The notes: generated from the sequence alone by a model not told the origin. 62,468 nucleotides of DNA, filler included, from Chiloscyllium plagiosum (GCF_004010195.1; 4 parts of one record of this genome joined end to end with filler, not necessarily neighbours in it), one strand, 5' to 3'. Positions 50,451 through 62,468 are shown, counted from the whole stretch's first letter. A program made the numbers and translations.

Positions 50451-50973
50451 AAATACATACCTCTAAATTTGAATATAGACATAGTTAGTAGAATATTTTA
50501 CCAATATTTCCCAGAACTCCACACTGGGTAAATGATACTTTTTGTTCTGATTTGTAAAGCTGAGTGAAGCATTTTTGACAACATACCGAGATTTTCTTTT
50601 ACACTATACAACTGTTTCATGTGAGATAAGGCGTAAGATTACCAAGACAATGATCCAAATATTTCTGCTATGAGTTTGCCATCAAAAAGGCAGGTCCAAG
50701 TTCTGATCCAGGATGTGTAAAATAGAACGGGTGATTTCAATGTCAAATTAAATACCGAATGAAAAATAAAGAGGAAAGGCACATTGGGTAACGAGAGAGA
50801 AAACAGGAAAAGGAAATAGAGTTTTTACTTAAATTTAGCATTAAAAGCATCTCCAACAATGATGGAAAATGACTAAATGAGTTTCCATAAATTATTTGTT
50901 TTTGGTGTCAGATTACTTAGCAGCAATTAGCACTTAGTATGTTGTTAGAAGGATGCTTAGACTTGAAATAACT

Positions 50974-52266
50974 TAGAACATAGAACATAGAACAATACAG
51001 TCCAGAACAGGCCCTTCGGCCATCGATGTTGCGCCGACCTGTGAACTATTCTCAGCTTGTCCCCCTGCACTATCCCAAAATCATCCATGTGCTTAACTAA
51101 GGATTGTTTAAATCTCCCTAATGTGGCTGAGTTGACTACATTAGCAGGTAGAGCATTCCACACCCTTACCACTCTTAGCGTAAAGAACTTGCCTCTGACA
51201 TCTGTCTTAAATCCATCACCCCTCAATTTGTAGTTATGCCCTCTCATACAAGCTGATGTCATCATCCTAGGAAAAAGATTATCACTGTCTACCCTATCTA
51301 ATCCTCTGATCATCTTGCATGCCTCCATCAAATCCCCTCTTAGCTTTCCTCTTTCCAATGAGAACAGAACCAAGTCTCTCAGCCTTTCCTCAGAAGATCT
51401 TCCCTCCAACCAGGCAACATCCTGGTAAATCTCCTTTACACCTTTTCCAATGCTTCCACACCCTTTCTGTAACGGGGCGACCAGAACTGTACACAATATT
51501 CCAAGTGTGGCCGCGCCAGTGTTTTGTATAGTTTCAGCATGATATTGCGGTTCCGGAACTAAATCCCTCTACTAATGAAACCTAACACACCGTATGCCTT
51601 CTTAACAGCACTATCCACCTGGGTGGCAACTTTCAGGGATCTATGCACATGGACTCCAAGATCCCTCTGCACATCCACACTACCAAGAATCTTTCCACTG
51701 ACCCAGTACTCTGCCTTCCTGTTATTCTTCCCAAAGTGCATCATCTCACATTGAGCTGCATTAAACTCCATTTGCCACCTCTCAGCCCAATTCTGCAGTT
51801 TATCCAAGACCCCCCTGCAACCTGTAACATTCTTCCAAACTGTCCACTACTCCACTTTAGTGTCATCTGCAAATTTACTAACCCGTCCACCTATGCCTGA
51901 GTCTAAGTCATTTATAAAAATGACAAACAGCAGTGGTCCCAAAACAGATCCTTGTAACACACCACTAGTAACTGGACTCCAGACTGAATATTTTCCATCA
52001 ACCACCATTCGCTGCCTTCTTCCAGAAAGCCAGTTTCTAATCCAAACTGTTAAATCACCTTCAATTCAATGCCTCTGCATTTTCTCCAACAGCCAATCAT
52101 GTGGAACCTTATGAAAGGGTTTACTGAAGTCCATGTACACCATGTCAACTGCCCTACCCTCATCTACATGCTTGGTCACCTTCTCAAAAAACTCAATGAG
52201 GTTTGTGAGACACGATCTGCCCTTGACGAAACCATGTTGACTATCTGAAATCAAGTTGTTGCTTGT
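50974..52266 (-). mobile_element. Well-preserved 5'-truncated CR1 LINE (RT to 3' end) with (ATGTTCT)n tail
   Basis: SQHGFVKGRSCLTNLIEFFE..YMDFSK, WAERWQMEFN..QRDLGVHVH, FFTLRVVRVWNALP. Frameshifted. Confidence 0.95.
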
Positions 52267-52859
52267 TTTAGCTGTGATGAGTTTATTTATTTTCTACCCA
52301 TGCAAGTATTGGAACTTTATGTCAATCAAATGTGTTTGAGCCAGAAGCTGAGCCTTCGCTTTTTGCAAAGCTAATGGTAGAACAATTACTCTCTGATAGC
52401 AACTTCTTGATTTCTTTGATTTATTGGGCATCAGCCTTGCCTGAAGCTGTTACGGCATTTTGCACTTAAATAACGACAAACATTGTTAACCTCACCATTA
52501 TTTTGACATCAATATTTGACCAGCAGTAAACTGACTGATGCCATGGGGTACTGTGAATAGCTTTCAGATAGAAATGAAGTAATATTTGCACAGAAAATAA
52601 TACAATGTCACAACATTGATTGTAAAATTGTTAAATGGAGATGATTCAAACAATTGTGTATATGGCAGGAGCATATCAGTGGTGGCTCCTTAATCAAAGG
52701 TGTCGACTAGTGATAATTGGGTACAACTAGCATAATTTAAAAAAATATAAGTTTGGCATTCAGTGACAGTACTAAATAGTTCCAGATCTCGAGCAACAAG
52801 ACCTGTTGTTGAATAGGTTCCCTCAAACCTGCACTCCAGGACGGTAATCACCGCTAATG

Positions 52860-53163
52860 TGGCGTGGGGGCTCAGTGGTTATCACTGCTGCCTCGCAACA
52901 TCAGGGTCCCAGGTTTGATCCCAGTTTTGGATGACTGACTGTGTGGAGTTTGCACATTCTCCCCATGTCTGCGTGGGTTTCCTCCGGGTGCTCTGGACAG
53001 TCCAAAGATGTGCAGGTCAGGTGAATTGACCATGCTAAATTGCCCATAGTGTTAGGTACATTCATCAGAGGGAAATGGGTCTGGGTGGGTTACTTTTCGG
53101 AGGATCGGTGTGGACTTGTTGTGCTGAAGGGCCTGTTTCCATACTGTAGGGAATCTAATCTAA
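52860..53163 (+). mobile_element. HE1-type SINE
   Basis: Head, body and an aatctaatct tail. Confidence 0.9.
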
Positions 53164-53464
53164 TGTAGTACTGTGATAGGTCTATTTCCATTGCAGCGTC
53201 TTTGAGATTCTCAATCACTATTTCTAATTGTTCTTGACGGGCAAGAACTCTATCTTGCAGATGCAATCATCAAGTCTATTTCGACCTAGCAACATGAAGT
53301 AAGTAGTCAGTTTCAACTCTGCCTGATGTCCAAAATATAAATGTTAGGGAATCCAGAAATTAGACATGGTAAATTAAGAAAGAAAATGCAATACTCTGGG
53401 GTTATCTTGATGTATTGAACTGCCTTTGCATTCCCTTTAATTTCACTTTGTATTTCTAAACTTT

Positions 53465-53939
53465 ATAGGATCATAAGGTATAGGAGCAGAAATAAGCCAA
53501 TCAGGCAATTGTGTCTGCTTTGCCATTCAATGAAGTTATGACTGATTTGATAATCCTCAACTCCACTTTCCTGTTTTTCCACATAACCTTCCATCGCCTT
53601 ACTGATCAAAATTTCATACCACATGGAATATACTTAATGACCCAGCTTCCTGTAACAAAGATTCATTACTTTCTCAGAGAAGACATTGCTCTTCACCCAT
53701 GTCTTAAATAGGTGACCCCTTACTCTGAGATTATGCCCTCAGACCCTAGACCCTTCCACAACGGTAAACAGCCATTCTGTCAAGTTCTCTCTGATATGTG
53801 TATCTTTCAATAAGGTGTCCTCTCATTCTTCTAAATTCCAACAAGTATAGACCCAACGTACTTAACTTCTCCTCATAAGAAAGTCCTTCGACATCAGGAT
53901 CAAACTGGATGCACTTTTATCCATTTGCCTTCCTATTAC
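53465..53939 (-). mobile_element. CR1 3' fragment
   Basis: tgacccctta..tatgccct..ctagacc and ttcttctaaattcc remnants. Confidence 0.7.
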
Positions 53940-53952
53940 CTGGTAAACTTGG

Positions 53953-54371
53953 TCTGACGTCACATACCAGGTTATAGTCCAACAGGTTTATTTGGAATTT
54001 CAGAGCGCTGCTCCTTCATGTGAAAGCGCTGAAAACTTATGATTTCAAATAAACCTGTAGGACTACAACCTGGCATCGTGTGACGTCTGACCTTGTCCAG
54101 AAGAAGGGCTTATGCCCGAAACGTCGATTCTCCTGTTCCTTGGATGCTGCCTGACCTGCTGCGCTTTTCCAGCAACACATTTTCAGCTTGTCCACTCTTG
54201 TCATCATTGCTGATGAAGGGTTCTGGCCTGAAACGTCGATTCTCCTGTTCCCTGGATGCTGCCTGACCTGCTGTGCTTTTCCAACAAGACACTCTTGACT
54301 CTGATCTCCAGCATCTGCAGACCTCACTTTCTCCTTGTCCACCTCAGTCTAACACCATCACCTCCACATCT
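53953..54371. mobile_element. Family C PLE cassette with 13-bp TSD, carrying two nested tandem family A PLE ends
   Basis: ctggtaaacttgg at 53940-53952 and 54372-54384. cttgtcca occurs three times (54092, 54187, 54334), bracketing two hammerhead-bearing inserts. Confidence 0.85.
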
Positions 54372-54842
54372 CTGGTAAACTTGGGTGCTACTTTTTTTTC
54401 GTGATTTATACACAAGGGCTTCCAAACCCCTCTCTGTAACTTTCTGCGTAAACAGGCAGTTCTCTGCCAAATGTAAAACTCAAGGAGAGATTATTAAGTG
54501 TAAAATATTTAGCATTTCAGAGTTACAAAAGCTATAATTTGTTTCTCTCTATCACTATGTGACTGGAAATGTTACCTTTGGTCATATTGCCACATCTCTT
54601 CTTTCCTGCCTGGGTATCATTTCCCACTCACATGTCTGTGACATTCCTTGAAAATGTATTAACATAATGTCACTTTCCAAGTGTAAATTGTTCTGTTGAG
54701 CATTACCAGCTGCAAATTACAATTCATTCTTCAATATTCCTTCACTGGACTCTTGGAAGCAGCAACAATCTCCTGAACAGGAAAGACATCTATCAGTTTC
54801 TTTGCCACTTCAAAATCTGAATTCCATGACTTTGACAGCAAC

Positions 54843-54933
54843 AAGGTAAAAACAATGACTGCAGATGCTGGAAACCAGATTCTGGATCAATGGTGCTGGA
54901 AGAGCACAGCAGTTCAGGCAGCATCCGAGGAGC
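54843..54933 (-). mobile_element. Short PLE terminal fragment without hammerhead
   Basis: aaggtaaaaacaatgactgcagatgctggaaacc is the reverse complement of the tail at 21522-21556. Confidence 0.8.
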
Positions 54934-55083
54934 TTCATACTACAGTCATCCCATGAATAAAACAAACACATTAATCATATTTCGTTAATACAGAAGTGGA
55001 TGTTAAATACTCAGAACCTTACAAGCAAACGGATTTTTAAAAAGCATGGAACAACTCTTGGCTGCCTCATTTCACATGTATTG

Positions 55084-56162
55084 TGGGCGGCACGGTGGCA
55101 CAGTGGTTAGCACTGCTGCCTCACAGCGCCAGAGACCTGGGTTTGATTCCCGCCTCAGGCAACTGACTGTGTGGAGTTTGCACATTCTCCCTGTGTCTGC
55201 GTAGATTTCCTCCAGGTGCTCTAGTTTCCTCCCACAGTCCAAAAATGTGTAGGTTAGGTGAATTGGCCATGCTAAATTGCCCGTAGTGTTAGGTGCATTA
55301 GTCAGAGGGAAATAGGTGTGGGTGGTGGGTCGGTGTGGACTTGTTGGGCCTGTTAAGACGGACCCGCGGGGTCCCGTCTTTGCGTGTTCTTTCGGAAGGA
55401 GAGACTCACACTGGCAACTATGGTTAGACGCAGACAGCAGTTTATTCACAGAATCTTAACTGGTACAACGAATCTACAAGCATGTATTCGTTGGAGAAGG
55501 CGTTCTCCCTCCTCGTTCAAACTTGACACAATTATACTTCGCGCTGCCTGGAGTCCCCGGTCAGTTCGCCTTCCCCATTGGTCCATTCATCTGCGCGCGC
55601 TGGGGATCCGTCCTCCTATTGGCCGCAACGAAGTGCCTGTCCAGCTCCTGCTGTGCTTGACAATGGCTCAGCCATCCCCGGGAGCGGTTCCGATCCCGTA
55701 TTCAATAGTTCATTGTTTCAAGGAATTACTATGCGTCTGACAGGCTAGCCATTTTCAATAGTTTCAGTTTAACTAAATTGACAATTACACTTACCAACTT
55801 TAGACTTAAATAGAGCCATTCACACTTAACAGTTACAGGTTCCGATAGAGCAATTCACACTTGTCTAACAGTTACAGATTCCGATCGGTTTCTTTATTAA
55901 TCCCGAGTTTCGATGGGGCAATTGATACTGGCTGGTATTTACAGGCTCCAAGATTTAATTAACATTATGCATATCCCTTACAAGCTCCAGCAGTCATGCA
56001 ATCGCCTGCAGCAGCTCGCTTGGCTGTTGTTAACCATTTCAGGGCTAGAAGTGTCTGTTGCAGAACTAGTGTCACCCTCCCTAGCCCTACATTAAATACC
56101 CCAGTGAAATCTCCCCAACAGGCCGAAGGGCCTGTTTCCACACTGTGAGTAATCTAATCTAA
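55084..56162 (+). mobile_element. HE1-type SINE split by a solo LTR
   Basis: The body ends gacttgttgggcc at 55350 and resumes ggccgaagggcctg at 56121. Confidence 0.95.
55351..56120 (-). mobile_element. Young 770-bp solo LTR, retrovirus-like
   Basis: TGTT...AACA termini and a perfect 4-bp TSD ggcc. On the minus strand, in order: tandem enhancer-like repeats (55811-55884), two CCAAT boxes (55618-55622, 55577-55581), TATAAT (55531-55536), AATAAA (55441-55446). CpG retained. Confidence 0.9.
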
Positions 56163-56442
56163 GTATTAAATAATGATCTGATTTGTGTCAATAAACATTT
56201 GCATATGTTGTAAATATAGTGTTTTTTTTCTTCAAAGTAATAGTTTTTTCATTACTTCCATGTTACTTGTGAAAATGAATAACTGGGTGACTAATTTTTT
56301 ATTATTTAATTTCTGGGAACTTGTCAGCTCCTTGATTTTTTGACTTTGTTGACCTGATGCAAAGTTCAAGAAATGAGGGCACCTTTTGAGCTGGAGGCCT
56401 ATTTACCATTAAAGTATTAGCAATTTAAATTGCGAATATTGT

Positions 56443-56655
56443 GGGCGGCACGGTGGCACAGTGGTTAGCACTGCTGCCTCACAGCGCCAGAGACCCGGGT
56501 TCAATTCCCGCCTCAGGCGACCGACTGCGTGGAGTTTGCACGTAGTGTTAGGTGCAGGGGTAAATGTAGGGGAATGGGTCTGGGTGGGTGCGCTTCGGCG
56601 GGTCGGTGTGGACTTGTTGGGCCGAAGGGCCTGTTTCCACATTGTAAGTAATCTA
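56443..56655 (+). mobile_element. Young HE1-type SINE with internal deletion
   Basis: Consensus-like CpG-rich head. The body jumps from gtttgcac to gtagtgttagg. Confidence 0.9.
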
Positions 56656-57114
56656 AAAAAAAAAGAATATGTGCTGTTCTCAAAGCTCAGCATCAATGAT
56701 GCTCGATAATAAGATTTACTCTTCACTGTTGCTTAACGTAAAGTGCCACTTGGCCATAATGTGAAAGGGATATCTGCAATTTGAAAAGGATTTATTTGGT
56801 AATGACTTTGGTATGTTGACCTCACTGATTGTTTGTTTATTGTCAGCCAATGTTTTAAGTACAGTAGCTTCTCGTTGATATGATTGTGTGAGAAGGTAAG
56901 AGGAGATCTTTCATCAAAAGAGAAGGCCCAGACAAGATTTGTTCGAGATGTTCAAACAACCCTGGGTCTGGATGGAGCAGTTAGGGAGAAAGGATGAAGA
57001 AGGAAGGGGCACTAAGCAAAACACTTTTCATCCAGCAGGTGGTTAGGGTCTGGCATTTACTCCCTGACAGTGTGATAAGTTCAACCACTGCATTCTAAAT
57101 GTTTATTTTTAATC

Positions 57115-57365
57115 ACTCATTCACAAGCTAGGGTTTATTTCCCATCGCTAATTGACTCTGAACTGCCCTCTGGGCAATCACGTTGCTATGGGGCTGGGGC
57201 CACAGGTAGACTTAACCAGGTAGATTTCCTTCCCAAAAGGACATGAGTGAATCAGATGGATTTTGACAACATTCAGTAATGGTTACATGATCATCACTAG
57301 AACAGCTTTATTTTGAAACAATCAGACTTTTACTGAGTTTCAATTTCACCATCTGCCATAATGCC
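57115..57365 (-). mobile_element. Second SINE family copy
   Basis: agatttccttccc..gagtgaatcagatgg..ttcaatttcaccatctgcc. Confidence 0.6.
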
Positions 57366-57822
57366 ACTGCTCCCATGACCCTCTGCACCATGCACAGGGA
57401 CATTTGAAAAGGAACAGCTTGGAAGGTTACAGGACAGTTTCAGTGAAACTATCACTTTGAGAGTATTGCTGCCAGCTAATGATGCAAGGACAAGAGGATA
57501 CAGATTTAAAATTCTGGGTAAGGGATACAAGGGGGAATGTGAGGAAGAACTTTCTATTATAATGATCGGATGGTTATGTAATAAACCTGCTGTCCTCATT
57601 GGTGGAGAAGCAGAGGTGATCAGTGAAAGGGAATTGGACAAGGAAATTAATTTGCAGAGCTACTCCGATGCTTTTACAGTGATTGGGTGGTAACGTCATC
57701 ATCCTGCTGTCCACAAGGATGGAGAAGCAGAGGTGATCAAGGAAAAGGAATTGGACAGACACTGCAAGGAAATTAATTTGCCGAGCTACTCCAAAAGAGC
57801 CCTCCTCATCAGCAGTCACTCA

Positions 57823-58215
57823 TAGATGTGGATAACTCTTCCACTCTCAGGGTGAGACAACAGGTGGTTGTATAGATCGATGAGACTATCACAGACTCAG
57901 TCACATTCAGGGCAGAAGGTCTTCATGGGAAGGTATGCGTGGGGCGTTGGAACGGCAGCGTGTTCCTTCCGCTGTTTTGGCCCGGCTTCCACTTGTTCTT
58001 AATGGCAAGTCTCGAGGTGCTGTACGCCTTCCTGGATACTCCTCCACCAACGATTCCCAGGTGTCTGTGGGAATGCTGTACTTCACCAGTGAGAGTGTCA
58101 ACGAAACTGTTCCTCTGCCCACCTGGACCCCACCTGCCATTTCGGAGCTGGGAGTAGAGCACCTTCGTGGGAAGTCTCATATCAGTCAAGAGGATGACAA
58201 ACCCAACCCATCGTA
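57823..58215 (-). mobile_element. RTE-clade LINE 3' end
   Basis: ORF 57923-58189: DMRLPTKVLYSQLRNG..GGQRNSFVDTL, then IPTDTWESL. Typical RTE C-terminus. Confidence 0.8.
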
Positions 58216-59171
58216 GGTCGTCGGTGCCTCAATGCCTCAGAAAGAGTGGAAGGAATGGGACTGACTGGATTGCTCTACTGGGTCAAAATGCCCTCTTTCG
58301 GGTTAGAAATGCTTTTCTCTCAAATATCAACTGCAAATTGACCTGTCCCAGTGTCAACCTAATGTCAATCAGCAAAGATTCCTTAAAACTAAAGAGATGA
58401 AGTATATATGTATTTGAATGTAAACAGAATGTGTGTGCTGCTTCACAAAACAATGACCAATCTTCCGTCCATCTCAAACGATTGGAAGAGTTTATGGCTT
58501 GAGGCATCTTGCTATCTTGCTTGTTGAGAACAGTCTTTTGTGGATCTTCCATTGTTAAAGTGATCTGGCAACCCTCCCTCTGCACTCTGGCAGCTTTAAA
58601 AATGCAAACCAGCTGACTACTGTGTACTGTGAAAGTTCTACTGACAAAATTACCATGTTGATTGGGCTCCTTGAGTTCGAGTAGATGCAAGCTGAAGCAT
58701 TCTGAGTGACAGTACAAATGATTCGTTGCTTATGATCAGACAGATATATTAGTTTCAGGTAACTGATGTTGCTTTTGATATCCACCTCTGCCCCAACCTT
58801 TGTGTATTTTATTTATTTAAATAGCTGCTCAGGTTTTCTGTTTTTTGTTGATACACGGATTTCTCGAGCAGTAAAGCATTGATCATTGACAGTAAACAGT
58901 ACAATGCAGAGAGATAAATCTCTTACCGTGTGGATGCATACCTCACATTCACCTTTCTTCCCTTAAATTCGGCCTCTTTCTTTTCTGCTCCACTTTGCAT
59001 GGATCCCACAGGCAATCCGATACAGCACCACTTGACCTGGCTTAGCAAAAATCATCCTTAGATGTTCTTGCACAATATGTAAGGTTTTCTGTACACAAAT
59101 GTATCCGCAAGGGTGACTACGTCTAATCTAATACGTATTGCATTTTGCCAGAATTACATCATGCCCCTTGA

Positions 59172-59496
59172 TGCCACAGTGGCTCAGTGGTTAGCACTGC
59201 TGCCTCACAGTACTAGGAACCTGGGTTTAATTCCAGCCTTGGGTGATTGTCTGTGTGGAGTTTGCACATTCTCCCAGTGTCTGTGTGGGTTTGCTCTGGT
59301 TTCCTCCCACAATTCAAAGATGTGCAGGTTTGGTGAATCGGCCATGCTAAGTTGCCCATAATATGCAGGTTAGGTGCATTAGTCAGGGGTAATTATAGGA
59401 TAACAGGGTAGGGGAATGGGTCTGGGTGGGTTACTCTTCAGAGGGTCGGTGTGGACTTGTTGAGCCGAAGGGCCTGTTTCCACACTGTAGGGATTC
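59172..59496 (+). mobile_element. HE1-type SINE
   Basis: Head, body and tail. Confidence 0.9.
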
Positions 59497-59519
59497 CAAG
59501 TATAATTTCTCAAATGTTT

Positions 59520-59700
59520 GAAATATCCTTTGGGAAGCAGAAATCTGCCATCCTTACCTGGTCTGGCCCACATGTGATTCCAGACCCACAGCAAGGTGGT
59601 TGACTCTCATTGTCCTCTGCAAAACCTCAGCAAGCCATTTGGTTTCCAGGCAATAAGGGATAATAAATGCTGGCCTAGCCAGTGAAACCCACATCCCATA
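59520..59700 (+). mobile_element. Second SINE family 3' part
   Basis: aaatctgccatccttacctggtctggcc..ataaatgctggcctagccag..cccacatccc. Confidence 0.65.
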
Positions 59701-59764
59701 AACAAATCCAAAGAATTAAAACAGCTCATGTTTTTCTGAATTTCTAGCCATTTCAAACAGTTTA

Positions 59765-60095
59765 CTGGTCAGTGCATTGAGAATAGGAGTTGGGAGGTCA
59801 TGTTGTGGCTGCACAGGACATTGGTTACAACACTTTTGGAATACTGCATTCGAATCAGGTCTCCCTGCCCTAGGAAAGATGTTGTGAAACTCAAAAATGT
59901 TCAGAAAAGATTTACTTCAGAAAGGATGTTGCTAGGGTTGGAAGGTTTGAGGTAAAAGAAGAGGCTGAATAGGCTGGGGCTGTTTTCTCTGAAGTGTCAG
60001 AGACTGAGGGGTGAGCTTATAGAGGTTTATAAAATCATGAGGGGCATGGATAGGGTGAAGAGCCAAGGTATTTTCCCCAGGATAGTGGAGTCAAA
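59765..60095 (+). mobile_element. CR1 3' fragment followed by a PLE terminal piece (60096-60180, minus)
   Basis: LLEYCI, RLNRLGLFSL and ELIEVYKIMRG, then gaaaagcatagcaggtcaggcagcatc. Confidence 0.8.
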
Positions 60096-60185
60096 ACGTG
60101 TGGCGCTAGAAAAGCATAGCAGGTCAGGCAGCATCTGAAGAGCAGGAGAGTCAACATTTCAGGCATAAGCCCTTCATCATACGAA

Positions 60186-60970
60186 ACTGTAAGGGAGTAC
60201 TGTAACGCACAACTGTAGGGTAGCACTGTAGCAGAGTACTGTAGGGGAGTAATGTAACACAGAACTGTGGGTGAGTACTGTAGGGGAGTACTGTAGCAGA
60301 GTAATGTCGGAGCGTACTGTAAGGGAATACTGAGGAGAGTACTGTAGGGGAGTACTGAGGAGAATACTGTAGGGGAGTACTGTAGGAGAGCACTGTAGGG
60401 GAGTACTGAGGGAGTAGAGTACTGTAGGGGAGTACTGAGGAGAGTACCGTAGGGGAGTAATGAGGAAAATACTGTAGGGGAGCACTGTAGCGGAGTACTG
60501 TGAGGGAGTACTGAGGAGAGTACTGTAGGGGAGTACTGTAGAGGGGTACTGATGAGAGTACCGTAGGGGAGTACTGTTGGGGAGTACTAAAGAGAGTACT
60601 GTAGCAGAGTATTGTTGGGGAGTAGTGTAGCACAGAACTGTAGGGTAGTACTGTAGGGGAGTACTGAGGAGAGTACTGTAGGTTAGCACTATAGGGGAGT
60701 ACTATAGGGGAGTACTGAGGAGAGTATTGTGGGGGAGTACTGTAAGGGAGTACTGTAAGGGAGTACTGTAGGGGAGTACTGTCGGGGAGTACTGTCGGGG
60801 AGTACTGTCGGGGAGTAATGTTGAAGAGTACTGTAGGGGAGTAATGTTGAAGAGTACTGTAGGGGAGTACTGAGGAGAATACTGTCGGGGAGTGCTGAGG
60901 AGAGTACTGTAGGGGAGTGCTGAGGAGAGTACTGTAGAGTACTGTAAGTTAGCGCTGTAGGGGAGTGCTG
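60186..60970. repeat. Minisatellite of 12-13 bp units (AGTACTGTAGGGG / AGTACTGAGGAG)
   Basis: Dozens of tandem variant units are visible. They generate the spurious S/T/P/Y/L-rich ORFs on the minus strand. Confidence 0.95.
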
Positions 60971-61044
60971 CAATGGGGTCGCCTCAGTTTCTGGTTCCAT
61001 TTATCTTCAGTCTTAAACACACAAATGCACGTATCCCCTGCAAT

Positions 61045-61615
61045 AAGACCATAAGAATTAGGAGTAGAATTAGGCCATTTGACTCATCAGGTTTGTTGCA
61101 CTATTCAAACATGGATGATATGTTTCCCAACTCCATTCTCCTGCCCTTACCCAGTAACCCTTGATTCCCCTTACTAATCAAGAACCTATCTGTCACGGTC
61201 TTAAATACATTCAATGACTTGGCCTCCACAGTCCTGTTTGGCAATGAGTTCCACAGATTAACCATCCTCTGTCTGAAGACCTTCCTCCTTATCTCATTTT
61301 TAAAGGGTTGTCACTTCACTCTGGGGCTCTGTCTTCAGGTCTTAGTCTCTCCTACTAATGGAAACATCTCCTCCACATCCAATCTATCCAGGCCTCTCAG
61401 TATTCTGTAAGTTTCAATCAGATTTCGACTCATCCTCCTAAACTCCATCGAGAACAGGTCCAGAATCTTCAACCACTCCTCATATTATATGCCCTTCATC
61501 TCTGGAATTATTCTTGTCATTCTCCTTTGGACCACATCCAGAGCCAGCACATTCTTCCTTAGATATGGGGCCCAAACCTGCTCACAATATTACAAATTCA
61601 GTCTGGCTAGAGCAA
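61045..61615 (-). mobile_element. CR1 3' fragment
   Basis: ccataagaattaggagtaga tail, plus reverse-complement RMVNLWNSLP and YRILRGLD remnants. Confidence 0.8.
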
Positions 61616-61666
61616 GCCCACTTTGCTTTCTGTGTACAGACCCATTTTGATTGAAATCTCTCTTAT

Positions 61667-62468
61667 TGTTGTGGTTCTGATGACCGAGCTGGGAATTTGT
61701 GTTGCAGACATTTCGTCCCCTGTCTAGGTGACATCCTCAGTGCTTGGGAACCTCTTGTGAAGCACTTCTGTGATGTTTCCTCCAGCATTTATAGTGGTTT
61801 GTCTCTGCCACTTCCGGTTGTCAGTTCCAGCTGTCCGCTGCAGTGGCCGGTATATTGGGTCCAGGTCGATGTGTTTGTTGATAGAATCTGTGGATGAGTG
61901 CCATGCCTCTAGGAATTTCCTGGCTGTTCTCTGTTTGGCTTGACCTATAATAGTAGTGTTGTCCCAGTCGAGCTCATGTTGCTTGTCATTGCGTGTGTGG
62001 CTACTAAGGATAGCTGGTCATGTCATTTCGTGGCTAGTTGGTGTTCATGGATACAGATCGTTAGTTGTCTTCCTGTTTGTCCTATGTAGTGTTTTGTGCA
62101 GTCCTTGCATTGGATTTTGTACACTACATTGGTTTTGCTCATGCTGGGTATCGGGTCCTTTGTCCTGGTGAGTTGTTGTCTGAGAGTGGCTGTTGGTTTG
62201 TGTGCTGTTATGAGTCCTAGTGGTCGAAGTAGTCTGGCTGTCAGTTCAGAAATGCTCTTTATGTATGGTAGCGTGGCTAGTCCTTTGGGTTGTGGCATGT
62301 CCTCATTCCATTGTCTTTTCCTTTAGGCACCTGTTGATGAAATTGCGGGGGTATCCGTTTTTGGCGAATATTGTATAGGTGTTCTTCTTCCACTTTTTGC
62401 AGTTCTGGTGTACTGTAGTGTGTTGTGGCCCTTTTGAACAGTGTCTTAATGCAACTTCTTTTGTGTGT
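61667..62468 (-). mobile_element. Poseidon-like PLE 3' part (GIY-YIG endonuclease, hammerhead at 61704-61743), running off the window
   Basis: ORF 62023-62298: TLPYIKSISE..NVVYKIQCKDCTKHYIGQTGRQL..HEH. Core CTGAGGA..GAAAtGTC. Confidence 0.95.

Noticed and set aside
60151..61000. ORFs rich in YSPT repeats resembling the RNA polymerase II CTD or a mucin
   Set aside because: They are multi-frame read-throughs of a 12-13 bp minisatellite. The unit is mostly not a multiple of three and there is no true YSPTSPS heptad.
1..62468. CRISPR array, retron or other prokaryotic defence system
   Set aside because: The sequence is vertebrate-type. There is no regular repeat-spacer array, no operon structure, and all RT fragments are CR1, L2, PLE or Gypsy.

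Overview
This is eukaryotic, repeat-dominated intergenic or intronic DNA from a cartilaginous fish. The many HE1-type tRNA-derived SINEs with (AATCT)n tails shared with CR1 LINEs point to a shark, plausibly a bamboo shark (inference). I could not identify an intact host protein-coding gene. The longer ORFs are transposon fragments or read-throughs of simple repeats. Content: about 18 HE1 SINEs, many CR1-group LINE fragments, RTE and L2 fragments, and Penelope-like elements (PLEs) of Neptune-like and Poseidon-like type. There is also a decayed Gmr1-like Gypsy element with integrase upstream of RT, four solo LTRs (two nested, one young and retrovirus-like), two Tigger/pogo-type MITEs, a 13-bp minisatellite and four assembly gaps. 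The most interesting signal is a dense set of minimal type I hammerhead ribozyme motifs (CUGANGA-stem II-GAAAC-GUC) from at least three, possibly five, PLE families. Many sit in short (85-1600 bp) inverted-repeat insertions flanked by 12-16 bp target-site duplications. Minimal hammerheads in PLEs are an established phenomenon. Their density, family diversity and nesting here merit testing, but I cannot claim a wholly new system. Coordinates of decayed repeats are approximate.
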